From assembly GCF_001194135.2 (NCBI RefSeq), contig NC_068987.1:107755361-107819360 (forward strand): a stretch of 64,000 bases of DNA. Direction: 5' to 3'. The first letter of the stretch is position 1, and every line of letters begins with the position of its first letter. Under the pieces are notes generated by a model. It did not search any database. It saw nothing but the letters and a program-made list of their open reading frames with translations, and was not told the origin of the DNA. The position numbers and the translations under genes are program-made. The DNA is from Octopus bimaculoides. Its lineage: Eukaryota. Below, in pieces: positions 53,131 through 64,000 of this stretch.

Positions 53131-53985
53131 CTAATTTCCTATAATTTACTGCTTCGAAAGAAAGATCATAATTGAATAATTACTCAAAGGAGGAGTTGTT
53201 TGACCAAATCCGTCAAAGAGGGGGTCAGCGTGGGCATGTGGTTACCTGCGCGCGCGCATGTGTGTGTAAGAATGTATGTCTGTAAATGTATATACGAGCA
53301 TATGTATCATTAAGTCACCATGCGAACAGAGAAACGAGCACTGAACAAATCCATTACATCTGTGTACATATCTTGCCAAATTTTGTCATAGTAAGGCTCT
53401 TGAAAACATTTGCAGTTTAAAGGAAATATATATATANNNNNNNNNNNNNNNNNNNNNNNNNNNNNNNNNNNNNNNNNNNNNNNNNNNNNNNNNNNNNNNN
53501 NNNNNNNNNNNNNNNNNNNNNNNNNNNNNNNNNNNNNNNNNNNNNNNNNNNNNNNNNNNNNNNNNNNNNNNNNNNNNNNNNNNNNNNNNNNNNNNNNNNN
53601 NNNNNNNNNNNNNNNNNNNNNNNNNNNNNNNNNNNNNNNNNNNNNNNNNNNNNNNNNNNNNNNNNNNNNNNNNNNNNNNNNNNNNNNNNNNNNNNNNNNN
53701 NNNNNNNNNNNNNNNNNNNNNNNNNNNNNNNNNNNNNNNNNNNNNNNNNNNNNNNNNNNNNNNNNNNNNNNNNNNNNNNNNNNNNNNNNNNNNNNNNNNN
53801 NNNNNNNNNNNNNNNNNNNNNNNNNNNNNNNNNNNNNNNNNNNNNNNNNNNNNNNNNNNNNNNNNNNNNNNNNNNNNNNNNNNNNNNNNNNNNNNNNNNN
53901 NNNNNNNNNNNNNNNNNNNNNNNNNNNNNNNNNNNNNNNNNNNNNNNNNNNNNNNNNNNNNNNNNNNNNNNNNNNNNNNNNNNNN

Positions 53986-54052
<67 letters not shown>

Positions 54053-54559
54053 ATATATAGTAATAAATAAATAGATGGATAGATAGATAGATAGATAGAT
54101 AGAGAATTAGCTATATGTAAGCCTAACTACACACATACGTACGTGCCTGCAAATGCTCGTAGGTACATATGTGCGTTTGTCAGTATGTATGTATGTGTGC
54201 GTTTGTGCATCTGTGCGTGTGGGTGCGTGTGTGCGTGCATGCGAGCGTGCGTGCGTGAGTGCGTGCGTGCGTGCGTGCGTATTAAGTTACATGTACCATT
54301 CACAAGATCGGCAAATAATACTCCGTCATATGTCACGTGACTTTCTGTACTAACATCATTAATATACAGTGTTTATAGATACGAACATAAACAATCCCTC
54401 ATAGCAGCCTTTCACGTTGCTTCTCAAGCATATGTTGAACTTAACACATATGGTTTCATTTAAACCTCATGTCAGACGGACAGCGTCTGATGGTGGAGGG
54501 ATACGGGGAGGTGGGTTTGATGGGTATGTAGGATGCTCTCGCTCGCAGGAATTGTAGAC

Positions 54560-55800
54560 GTGTTGACTATAATAGTGAAGAAGTTGTGGTGGGGGCGATG
54601 GTGATGGTGATGTCTCTGAAGATGGCGGTTAGGTTGATGGTGGTACTGTTGGAGGTGGTGAGACTGTTCTAACGATGATAAGGATTGTTGTTGTTGTTGT
54701 TGTGGTAGTGGTAGTGGTGGTAGTGGTGGTGTTGGTGGTTGTGATGGTGGTGGTGGTGGTGCTGCTGCTGCTGCTGCTGCTGGTAGANNNNNNNNNNNNN
54801 NNNNNNNNNNNNNNNNNNNNNNNNNNNNNNNNNNNNNNNNNNNNNNNNNNNNNNNNNNNNNNNNNNNNNNNNNNNNNNNNNNNNNNNNNNNNNNNNNNNN
54901 NNNNNNNNNNNNNNNNNNNNNNNNNNNNNNNNNNNNNNNNNNNNNNNNNNNNNNNNNNNNNNNNNNNNNNNNNNNNNNNNNNNNNNNNNNNNNNNNNNNN
55001 NNNNNNNNNNNNNNNNNNNNNNNNNNNNNNNNNNNNNNNNNNNNNNNNNNNNNNNNNNNNNNNNNNNNNNNNNNNNNNNNNATGTTCGTGATGGTGGTGA
55101 TGACGATAATGGTGTTGATGGTGGTAGTGTTCATTGTTGTTGTGGCAGTAGTCGTGACGGTGGTGGTAGTAGTAGTAGTAGTAGTGGTGGTGGTGGTGGT
55201 GGTGCTGGTGGTGCTGGTGCTGGTGCTGGTGGTGTTAGTGGTGGTGGTGGTGGTGTTGGTGGTTTTAGTAGTAGTAGTTGTGGTGGTGGTGGTGGTGGTA
55301 GTAGTAGTAGTAGTTGTAGGTATTGTTGTTTTTTAAGAGAGCATTTATGAAATAGTCCATCCGTGACCATCATGCATTCATTTCTCCCTTAACGTTTTTG
55401 TTTTGGTGATATTCAGTTAAATGCGTCCTTCCTTGGTCATAAGAAATTATCAATTTCCTGTGATTTGAAGTTGTAATCATTAACTACAAGTAAAGTGCTT
55501 GTCCAGAAATTTCATCAAAAGCCTTTCACTTTCACTTCTGATAATTTGTAAACCCCAAATTACCTTGTTTAATACGCCCTTCCATTTTTAAGTCGTTTTG
55601 ATGTGATTTGAATTATTTCTTGCGTATTACTAGCAAACGGGAACTACCAAAATCTCCATCGTCAGCTCGACTCATTAGATAGTCGTATATTGAAAGCATG
55701 GGCTAGTTTTTTGCTGTTGCTGTTGTTGTTGTTGCTGTTGTTGTTGTTGTTGTTGTTGCTGCTATTGCTGCTGCTGCTGCTTGTGTTGTTGTTGTTGTTT
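54560..55800. repeat. Compound trinucleotide island (GGT/GTA/GTT/GCT) with gap
   Basis: Directly visible; source of the poly-V/P/L ORFs. Confidence 0.9.
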
Positions 55801-56879
55801 TTCAGCTACCCCAGTTCTGAATGGGCAGCCGTATTACTAAAGCTGTATATAAATATAAAGATGGATCAAAAACGCAATAGAGTACAATAAAACATTCGGT
55901 CATATAGACGATGCAAGGTGGACAAAAGAAACAACAATTAGAAGGACAGGCAATTCTTTCCTCGGTCCAGTCTCAGAAGTCACGACCGTTTCGGGCAGTT
56001 ACACTTGAGACGGTTCGATCTGGTTGCCCCCCAAAACGTCTAAGCTAAGAACATTAGACCCCGTTGTAAGAAAGCTAGCGAATGTGTACGGCAACAAAGA
56101 GAAAAAAAAACGGAGAATATAGTGCACAAAAAGACGTAAAATGGAGGACAAACCACAAAAAAATAACAACAGGTGTCTTTCAACCTGGCCATCTCGTAGG
56201 CTCATTAGCTAGGCTACTTTGTCCATTATTGTACCCATTTATTCTAAGACAATTTCTTGGAGATTTGGCTACTATTTTTAGCATATTGACTGACAATGCA
56301 AATTGTTGTTTCTTAGGTCCGTCTTGATATTGTTCTTGCTACTGGATTTCTGTTTTGTGTGTTACTGCTTTTGATGAGCCCGAATTACATCGTCACTTTA
56401 TATGTCAAGAACTAGATGTGTCCTTTCTTTAATATGTTAAGTCGTGATTTAAGGAATTTTTAATGGTATTTTAATGGTATTTTTAATGGTATTTTCAGCA
56501 ACACGTGCAGCCCAGTATAGTCTTCTTCGTTGCTGTTTTTGTCATCGCTGGAAGGTGTTGGTGTTTTTGGCGGTGGTTATAATTCTGGCGGCCATGGTGG
56601 TGGTTACGTGTGTTATGCTAATCCTGTTGTTGGTGCAGTTATATAATCAGTGGTCGGGAATTGATACTGGTATTGTTTTGGTCAATGTTTCTATGATTTG
56701 TAGCTGCTGTGATAATTTCAGTTTTTGCTGCTGTTGTTTTTGTTGTTATGATTGTTTTTTGTAGCTGTTGCTGTTTCTCCCCCTTCAGATTATTGACTGA
56801 GCTAAAAATAAAAATAAAAATCCCCGTAACTGACGTTCCAATCGAAAAAATCCATTTCTTCTTTCTGAAATATTGTCGA

Positions 56880-57110
56880 AAGGACTACATTATCCAATTT
56901 CAAGGTCTCGTCCCGTTTTGGATCCTTTTGGAGTAAGGTGAAGTTAATATTGATGATATCAGAAGTAGTGTCGAAGTTGCTGATAGTGCAATATCCTGAA
57001 ACCCCATTTTAGTTCTGATAAAGGAATTATACAAGGCCGAAATAGTTGACCAAGCGATTATGGTCCACCCACAACATGTTTCTTCTAATTGAATTATATT
57101 CAGCGATCTC
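56880..57110 (-). pseudogene. Possible I-group/Nimb LINE RT C-terminal remnant
   Basis: ALYNSFIRTKM...S..STLL...RIQN resembles the LYKSLIRSKLDY...IQN motif; weak. Confidence 0.3.
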
Positions 57111-58020
57111 CAAAGTGAAGAATATACACCACGACTCATCAGATATGAAGCGTAAGGAAAGCTAGGTCACAGCATGCGCATGCTCTATTCACTTGATCGT
57201 TAAATCTATTTCCGGACGCCCGTTGTTGTTAATATAATCACAAAGCCAATACTGGAAATTATTACTTGGCCACACATGTTTACCGTTCTAGTTATACCAA
57301 AATCACCTTTCATTCTGTAAATTCTTATATTGGAAATAATGGATGTGGTTATGCTGAGGTCAATGAGAAGGCGAAACTTCCATTCCCTCTGCAATTAATA
57401 TTGACGGTTTTCGTCCTAGCAACGTGAAGGGCTGCTATGAGGTGACCCGGTGTGGTTTTCATGCTGCACCCATATATATGTGTAGCTGTTTTTTTTTTGT
57501 AATCGTTATCTGTGTTGAGTGAAAAATTAAATGCTTTTCAGATGATTTTGTTGCAGGTTCTGCATTGATAATACGACTATGTTTCTTAGGAAATTCTGTT
57601 CCTTGTAGTGATATAAAATGTCTGTGTAATATTTGCGGTAGATATAAACTGTGCCTTTTGTATTACCGGGTAGCCATTGACTTTCAGTATTCTTGTTTCG
57701 TTGCGTAGTGCACTGGAAGATATTATTTTAAACTGTCTTGTTAATTTTTTGCAAGATTGAGGGCCCACACGGGACTGACTTCCATAAAATTACCAGAATA
57801 AGAAGTGAAACTACCAAAATATTTATGGAGAAGGTGATAACAAACAGATTCAAAAGGAGGCAGAAAAGGTATCTGTTGTTTTCACGGATATATATGAATC
57901 TTTCTGTTAATCTTACAAATTCATGTTTGTGCGTCTGCCAGTCTGATTTTCTCTTTCTCTCCCCCCTCTCTCTGTATCTCTATCACTTTCTGTCTGTCTA
58001 TATATCTATCTATCTATCTA

Positions 58021-58068
<48 letters not shown>

Positions 58069-58276
58069 NNNNNNNNNNNNNNNNNNNNNNNNNNNNNNNN
58101 NNNNNNNNNNNNNTATATATATATATATATCGATTTATCTATCTAACAATCATACTACATTCTGACATACATATATCGCGATATAAACCTTCAGTTTCTA
58201 ACATAATATGCCTATATGTGGGTGTATGTATCTATGCAAGTACGTATAATATATATATATATATCCATTCATACTT

Positions 58277-58320
<44 letters not shown>

Positions 58321-58568
58321 TTGTACGAATATATATTTAATTTAAACACACACAAACGCACGCTCGCGCGCACACGCACCGACACACACACATGACGACG
58401 CGATCGTGCGTGCACGCACACACACACATACACATACGCATATATATACTCCACTCAGTTATCATTATTCATCAACTCCTCGCATCAATCTCTCTATTCC
58501 TTCCCATACATATGTACCCTTTTTCTGCCTTCACGCTCTCTCCCCTCAACACGCACACATACACACAG

Positions 58569-58627
<59 letters not shown>

Positions 58628-59797
58628 ATATATATCTTGACTACACCGCAATAGTCAAGAAAGAAGAACAGTCTTGTGAATACATATCAATTTACCCGAA
58701 TCATGATTCCTGATTCAGCCATCTTGTAACGTGAAATATGTCATCACAAGCATAACTAAAAGAGGTGAGTGACGTCACCTTAGTATGATTTGTACAACGT
58801 GGTGACAGGTTCAAGATAATCTGAGTGCGCTATCAGCATTTTTCAATTAAAGCCATCTGCCTTTTCAGTTCGGAACCAATTTCGCCCACCCATCAAATTG
58901 TGCTATATAATTCATGTCAGGTTATATATGTTTTTATGCCTCTTTGTCGATTTTTCTGCAGAAGTCGGTCAGGGTAGAAGTTTTAGGAAGATACCTTCTA
59001 TGTGTATGTGTAAGTGTATGTGTGTATATGTATACGTATATCTGCCTACATATATAATTACAGAAATACATACACACTCGTACGTATGTATGTATGTATG
59101 TATGTATGTATGTATGTATGTATGTATGCATGCATGTATGTATGTATGTATGTATGTATGTATGTGTGTATGTATGTGTGTGTGTGTGAGTATATGTATG
59201 TGTACGTATGTGTGGTACGTATGTGCTTGTGTTTGATTTGTTGGAAACTTGAGTGTGTTCTGGTGTTTTTATATTCTAATTTTTATATATTCATAAAAAT
59301 TAAGAGTTCTTTGAAATTTTGGATTGGGAGAAAAGCAATAGTGTTTCTAGAATGGAAGTCAAAGTTTCTAACCTTCCATAGCAGTCATTTTCAGGTAGAA
59401 ATGATGTTTGCGGATGTTACTGCTTTCTTATAGTAAATAGACACTAATAATATACTACACAAATATTAAAAATACATCGCTTCTTATTTATAAATGATCA
59501 TTCAAAAAAGCTTTTACGAATAAACAAAGTGATTTATATGTTCGTCTGGATGTATGGAAGTTGTAAATTATAGCTTTAATATTTTCATAGATGTACCACG
59601 CATTCACGCTGGTCCATTAAACACCTATAACTAGGAGGAATTGTAATTGATGCATCAAGCAATACCAATCAACAACGAACACGATTTTATACGTGGTAAA
59701 ATTTTTCTAGACCACAAAAATATAGGGTAAGTGATGGATGGATACCGCAGGACCTGGCAAAATTAAAAGACACAAAGAATAGTTACACACAAAAATG

Positions 59798-60179
59798 TTT
59801 GTTGTCACTCCGTCACTTACGACGTTGAGGGTTCCAGTTGATCCGATCAACGGAACAGCTTGCTCGTGAAATTAACGTGCAAATGGCTGAGCACTCCACA
59901 GACACGTATACCCTTAACGTAGTTCTCGGGGAGATTCAGTGTGACACAGTGTGACAAAGCTGACCCTTTGAATTACAGGCACAACAGAAACAGGAAGTAA
60001 GAGTGAGAGAAAGTTGAGGTGAAAGAGTACAGCAGGGTTCGCCACCATTCCCTGCCGGAGCCTCGTGGAACTTTAGGTGTTTTCGCTCAATAAACACTCA
60101 CAACGCCCGGTCTGGGAATCGAAACCGCGATCCTATGACTGCGAGTCCGCTGCCCTAACCCCTGGGCCATTGCGCCCCC
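59798..60179 (-). mobile_element. tRNA-derived SINE, family C head with tail type 1, full length with TSD
   Basis: Head GGGGGCGCAATGGCCCAGGGG...GGTTTCGATTCCC; tail ends GACGGAGTGACAACAAA. Perfect 13-bp TSD ACACACAAAAATG at 59785-59797 and 60180-60192. Confidence 0.95.
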
Positions 60180-61094
60180 ACACACAAAAATGAGATCATA
60201 AACAAAAATATGCAATTAATTGAAGGCGTATAAATCTGTTGTGGAGTGAGCTGACACCCCCGCACGTGACTGTCAGTGGACTGGACAATTCTTTTAAATA
60301 GGTGAACCAGTAAACAGTTGAGGACTAAATGTGGGTGCGTTAGTCTCGTTATTGCTTCTGCGTTAGAGAATTAGATTGTTATTGTGCGAACGTTTAAAAT
60401 AGTATAACCAACTCTGTTGCTTATTGTTAGACGGTTATCTTTGGTACGTCACATATCGTCACTGGCGATACAACAACATTTAACGCTCAAAAGTCAAATT
60501 CTGTTCGTGACTGTTATGTTGTCAGATTAATACTGACAAATTTCACGGGCGCTGACAATGGACCTTGTAGACATTACAACCAAAGCTGCTACTCACCTCA
60601 GCTTCTGGGGAATACCTTGCATGCCTTTCAACTCTGTCAGAGTCACCATCAATCACATAACAGGCAAATACGAAAATACTTCCAGTCACTTCAGACAAGT
60701 AATATCACTTAAGTCAAGAACATACCTTAAGCTCATCTTCAAACAATGCATCTCAAAGCAAGCCTTTATCCTTGCCACAAGTTTTACTGTTCATCTATGT
60801 CTATCTATCTGTCTGTCTATTTCTGTCTGTCTGTTCCTGTATGTCTCTCTTTCTCTCTCTCTCTCCCTCAGTCTCGCTCTCACCTTTGCTCTTTGTCTTT
60901 AGATATATTCCAATAACTGGAAACACAACACAGTGTGTCACATCCCCAAGACGAGCCACAGCTCTGATGATTCTAACAAATATCATCCTACAGTTCTATA
61001 CTTAAGAGATGAGGAATTATGTACGTTATTTACATTATTTACATTATTTACATTCGACGGATATTTGTCCTCATCTTGTTTGTTGTTAACACAG

Positions 61095-61253
61095 ATTAAA
61101 ATAATAGATAGAGAACACCACTGGAAAATATGAAAACTAAAAGAAGCAGCACCTATGCTAGGGCACAACAACCTCCTAAGCAAACCGAGTGCAGATATGA
61201 GCAGCATATGGGAACCCGTATTAAGGAAGGATAGAAAAATATTAGATTTATAA
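61095..61253 (+). pseudogene. Penelope-like element GIY-YIG endonuclease C-terminal fragment
   Basis: IKIIDREHHWKI*KLKEAAPMLGHNNLLSKPSADMSSIWEPVLRKDR fits the PLE pattern ILxxExxWxxRxxKEA...WxPxL; one in-frame stop. Confidence 0.7.
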
Positions 61254-62515
61254 GCCCTAAAATTCACTGCATAATTNNNNNNNNNNNNNNNNNNNNNNNN
61301 NNNNNNNNNNNNNNNNNNNNNNNNNNNNNNNNNNNNNNNNNNNNNNNNNNNNNNNNNNNNNNNNNNNNNNNNNNNNNNNNNNNNNNNNNNNNNNNNNNNN
61401 NNNNNNNNNNNNNNNNNNNNNNNNNNNNNNNNNNNNNNNNNNNNNNNNNNNNNNNNNNNNNNNNNNNNNNNNNNNNNNNNNNNNNNNNNNNNNNNNNNNN
61501 NNNNNNNNNNNNNNNNNNNNNNNNNNNNNNNNNNNNNNNNNNNNNNNNNNNNNNNNNNNNNNNNNNNNNNNNNNNNNNNNNNNNNNNNNNNNNNNNNNNN
61601 NNNNNNNNNNNNNNNNNNNNNNNNNNNNNNNNNNNNNNNNNNNNNNNNNNNNNNNNNNNNNNNNNNNNNNNNNNNNNNNNNNNNNNNNNNNNNNNNNNNN
61701 NNNNNNNNNNNNNNNNNNNNNNNNNNNNNNNNNNNNNNNNNNNNNNNNNNNNNNNNNNNNNNNNNNNNNNNNNNNNNNNNNNNNNNNNNNNNNNNNNNNN
61801 NNNNNNNNNNNNNNNNNNNNNNNNCAGCAGACTGCACTCTAACTGGAATACGTACAAGGACCGCCTCGCTCGAATTAACACTTCAATTCGGCGACCTAAT
61901 ATGGTCAAAGATTGAAAAAATAAAAAAAAGAATGAACTATGTATGTTTGTACGTGTCTGCGTCTGTGTCTACAATAGACAGACAGACGGACGGATAGACA
62001 GACAGACAGACAGACAGATAGATAGATAGATAGATCGATAGATAGATACATAGACAGATAGATAGATAGATAGATATATAGATAGATAGATAGATAGATA
62101 GATACATAGATAGATAGATAGATGGACTGATAGATAGATTGATTGATAGGTGCGTGTATATATTTATGTATTCATATCAGGACGTATATGTACACATTTG
62201 TCATTGAGTGTAACAAAACATCTAAGTGACTGTATATGTGCGTGTGTAAGTGCCTGCGTGTGTGTAGATGTGTAGTTTTGTGTGTGCAGGCGTGTGTTCG
62301 TTTGATAGCGAAATTTACGTCAAACAAGCAAAATGCCAGCGCGTGAACTAACAAGTGTCAGTTTTAAATAACACATCGATTCAGGTTGTTAAATTCGATT
62401 GTGTCGTTAATTTTGGGACCATCTCATAGACCATGTTTCAAATTGGAAAGCGTATCTAGATATCACCTAAGCATGTACGGATGCACGCACACACGCACAC
62501 GCGCGCATACACACA

Positions 62516-62553
<38 letters not shown>

Positions 62554-62719
62554 ATAAACGCATACTATTACATAGAGACACCTTCACTCGCAAATATACG
62601 GTGTCGTGCTCTCGTTTTATTTATTTATTAATTTATTTGTTTATTTATTTACTGTTTTCATGGTTTTCTATGACTAATGACATTCCAAATAGATTTAGCA
62701 ACCGTTAGAAAACAAACTA

Positions 62720-62799
62720 CTACGACTACTAACAACAAAAACAACAACAACAACAACACCAACAACAACAAAAACAACAACAACAACAACAACAATAAC

Positions 62800-62862
<63 letters not shown>

Positions 62863-62865
62863 TAC
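62720..62865. repeat. (AAC)n-(AAT)n compound microsatellite
   Basis: Directly visible; source of the poly-N ORF 62677-62949. Confidence 0.97.
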
Positions 62866-63124
62866 AAGAACAACTGCATTTTCCAGTCAGTAAAATTCCC
62901 ATATCTTCTTATTAATTTTTTAATGCATTCTCTAATGTGTTTTCCTTAATTTATTTAGAAATTTGAAAATACATTTCAGCGCTTTTCAATTTGATAAATT
63001 GAAATATCAAGCAATTAGAGATCAAGTCGTTCTTTAATCTTGATTTTGATTTTTGTCTTTTTTTCTTTTAACGAAGGTTCTTCAACAAATGTTCAACCAA
63101 CAGTCGCATGCACTTTACTGTGTC

Positions 63125-63870
63125 TAAGTTGCTGTTGTGATATTGTGACGGATGACATTCCACCTACGACCGTCTCATAATTGTATGAGTGTTCAGGATT
63201 GCATTATCTAGATCAGGGGTTTTCAAACAGTGGTCCGCGGACCACAGGGGGTCCACAAGGACAAGACAGGGGGTCCGTAGACAGCAAATATTTTTATGGG
63301 CAATTTGATTTTATATATGTTTTTTTAATCGAAATCTTTTAATTGACAATAATCCTATTTGTTAAATACTGTTAAATAAATAAATGTAAAAATATATGTT
63401 ATTTTAAGCAAATATTTACGTATAAATTTCAGAAGCGTTTATAAGGGGTCCGTAAGGTAAAGCCTGAAATATAAAGGGGTCCGCAAGTCAAAAAGTTTGA
63501 AAACCCTTGATCTAAAGCACATATCTTTTTCTTTTATATCGATTAGGTGTGATTGAAAGTGTTGTTTGGTTCCTCAACCTAGTTGTCCGTGTTGAACTCT
63601 GATGCAAGACTTTCCATTTGTGGTCACCCCTAATGTTTATATCTATTTATGACAACAATATGTAATGTATCCTTCCTTCTCTCTAAGTCAATTAGGTGTG
63701 GTTTGAAAAGTTAGCTACTCTTTCTAATAGATCGTGTAAGTGTGTTGAAACGTGACGAAAGCCTTCCCATCTATGCCCATCCCATATTTTTAAGAGTATT
63801 CAGGAGAACGCTATCTATTGTGTCCATGCTTTTCATTAAATCAATTAGGTGTGATTCGAAGGATTATTCG
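63125..63870. repeat. Decayed tandem array of about 150 bp, interrupted by the hAT MITE
   Basis: Core TC(A/G)ATTAGGTGTG(A/G)TT at 63539, 63688 and 63841 (spacing 149 and 153). Segment 63130-63213 aligns with 63742-63820. Confidence 0.75.
63214..63509. mobile_element. hAT-Charlie-type MITE, 296 bp
   Basis: TIRs CAGGGGTTTTCAAAC and GTTTGAAAACCCTTG match 14/15. Left flank ATCTAGAT fits the Charlie NTCTAGAN target; right flank ATCTAAAG matches it 5/8. Internal GGGGTCC subterminal motifs. Confidence 0.9.
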
Positions 63871-64000
63871 GTAGCAGATCATGTGAAGCATTTTCCTTTT
63901 CATTTTGTGAAATTTCTGTTATTTCGTAAGAGTTCTTCATTGTTACCCTCGATAGCCTCACAGTCTGAGATGTCTGTTCTATCTTGAGGCCAAAGATACA

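Noticed and set aside
39770-60605. Isolated consensus minus-strand donors GTGAGT (about 39775 and 60597)
   Set aside because: A few such 6-9-mers are expected by chance in about 57 kb, and no coherent exon chain could be built.
63539-63860. CRISPR-like repeat-spacer array
   Set aside because: Eukaryotic context, spacers of about 130 bp that are homologous to each other, and no cas genes.

Overview
This is AT-rich, repeat-saturated eukaryotic DNA from a gappy assembly, with about two dozen N-gaps totalling roughly 7 kb, nearly all flanked by microsatellites. I found no recognisable intact host protein-coding exon, tRNA/rRNA gene or CRISPR array. Almost all long ORFs in the track are artefacts of N-runs or di/tri/tetranucleotide repeats. 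The SINE families and microsatellite load point to an octopus (coleoid cephalopod) intronic or intergenic region; this is inference from remembered repeat sequences, not a search. Content I can support: (i) about 25 copies or fragments of tRNA-headed SINEs in 4 related families with swapped head and tail modules; (ii) a nearly full-length fossil FLYWCH-MULE transposon (about 16.9-18.7 kb); (iii) fossil fragments of RTE, R4/Dong-type (RLE), Penelope-like and mariner elements, plus a probable hAT-type transposase with a possible intron; (iv) clean non-autonomous elements: a Tc1/mariner MITE, a hAT-Charlie MITE, a foldback element and a Helitron-like element with both termini; (v) several hammerhead-ribozyme-like relics and a recurrent permuted GAAAC-GTC...CTGATGA motif; (vi) a decayed 150-bp tandem array with a conserved homeodomain/T-box-like core. 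I cannot demonstrate a new biological system. The best candidates for follow-up are the permuted hammerhead-like motif, the 150-bp array and the modular SINEs. Protein-family calls rest on manual translation and remembered motifs, and coordinates of degenerate copies are approximate.
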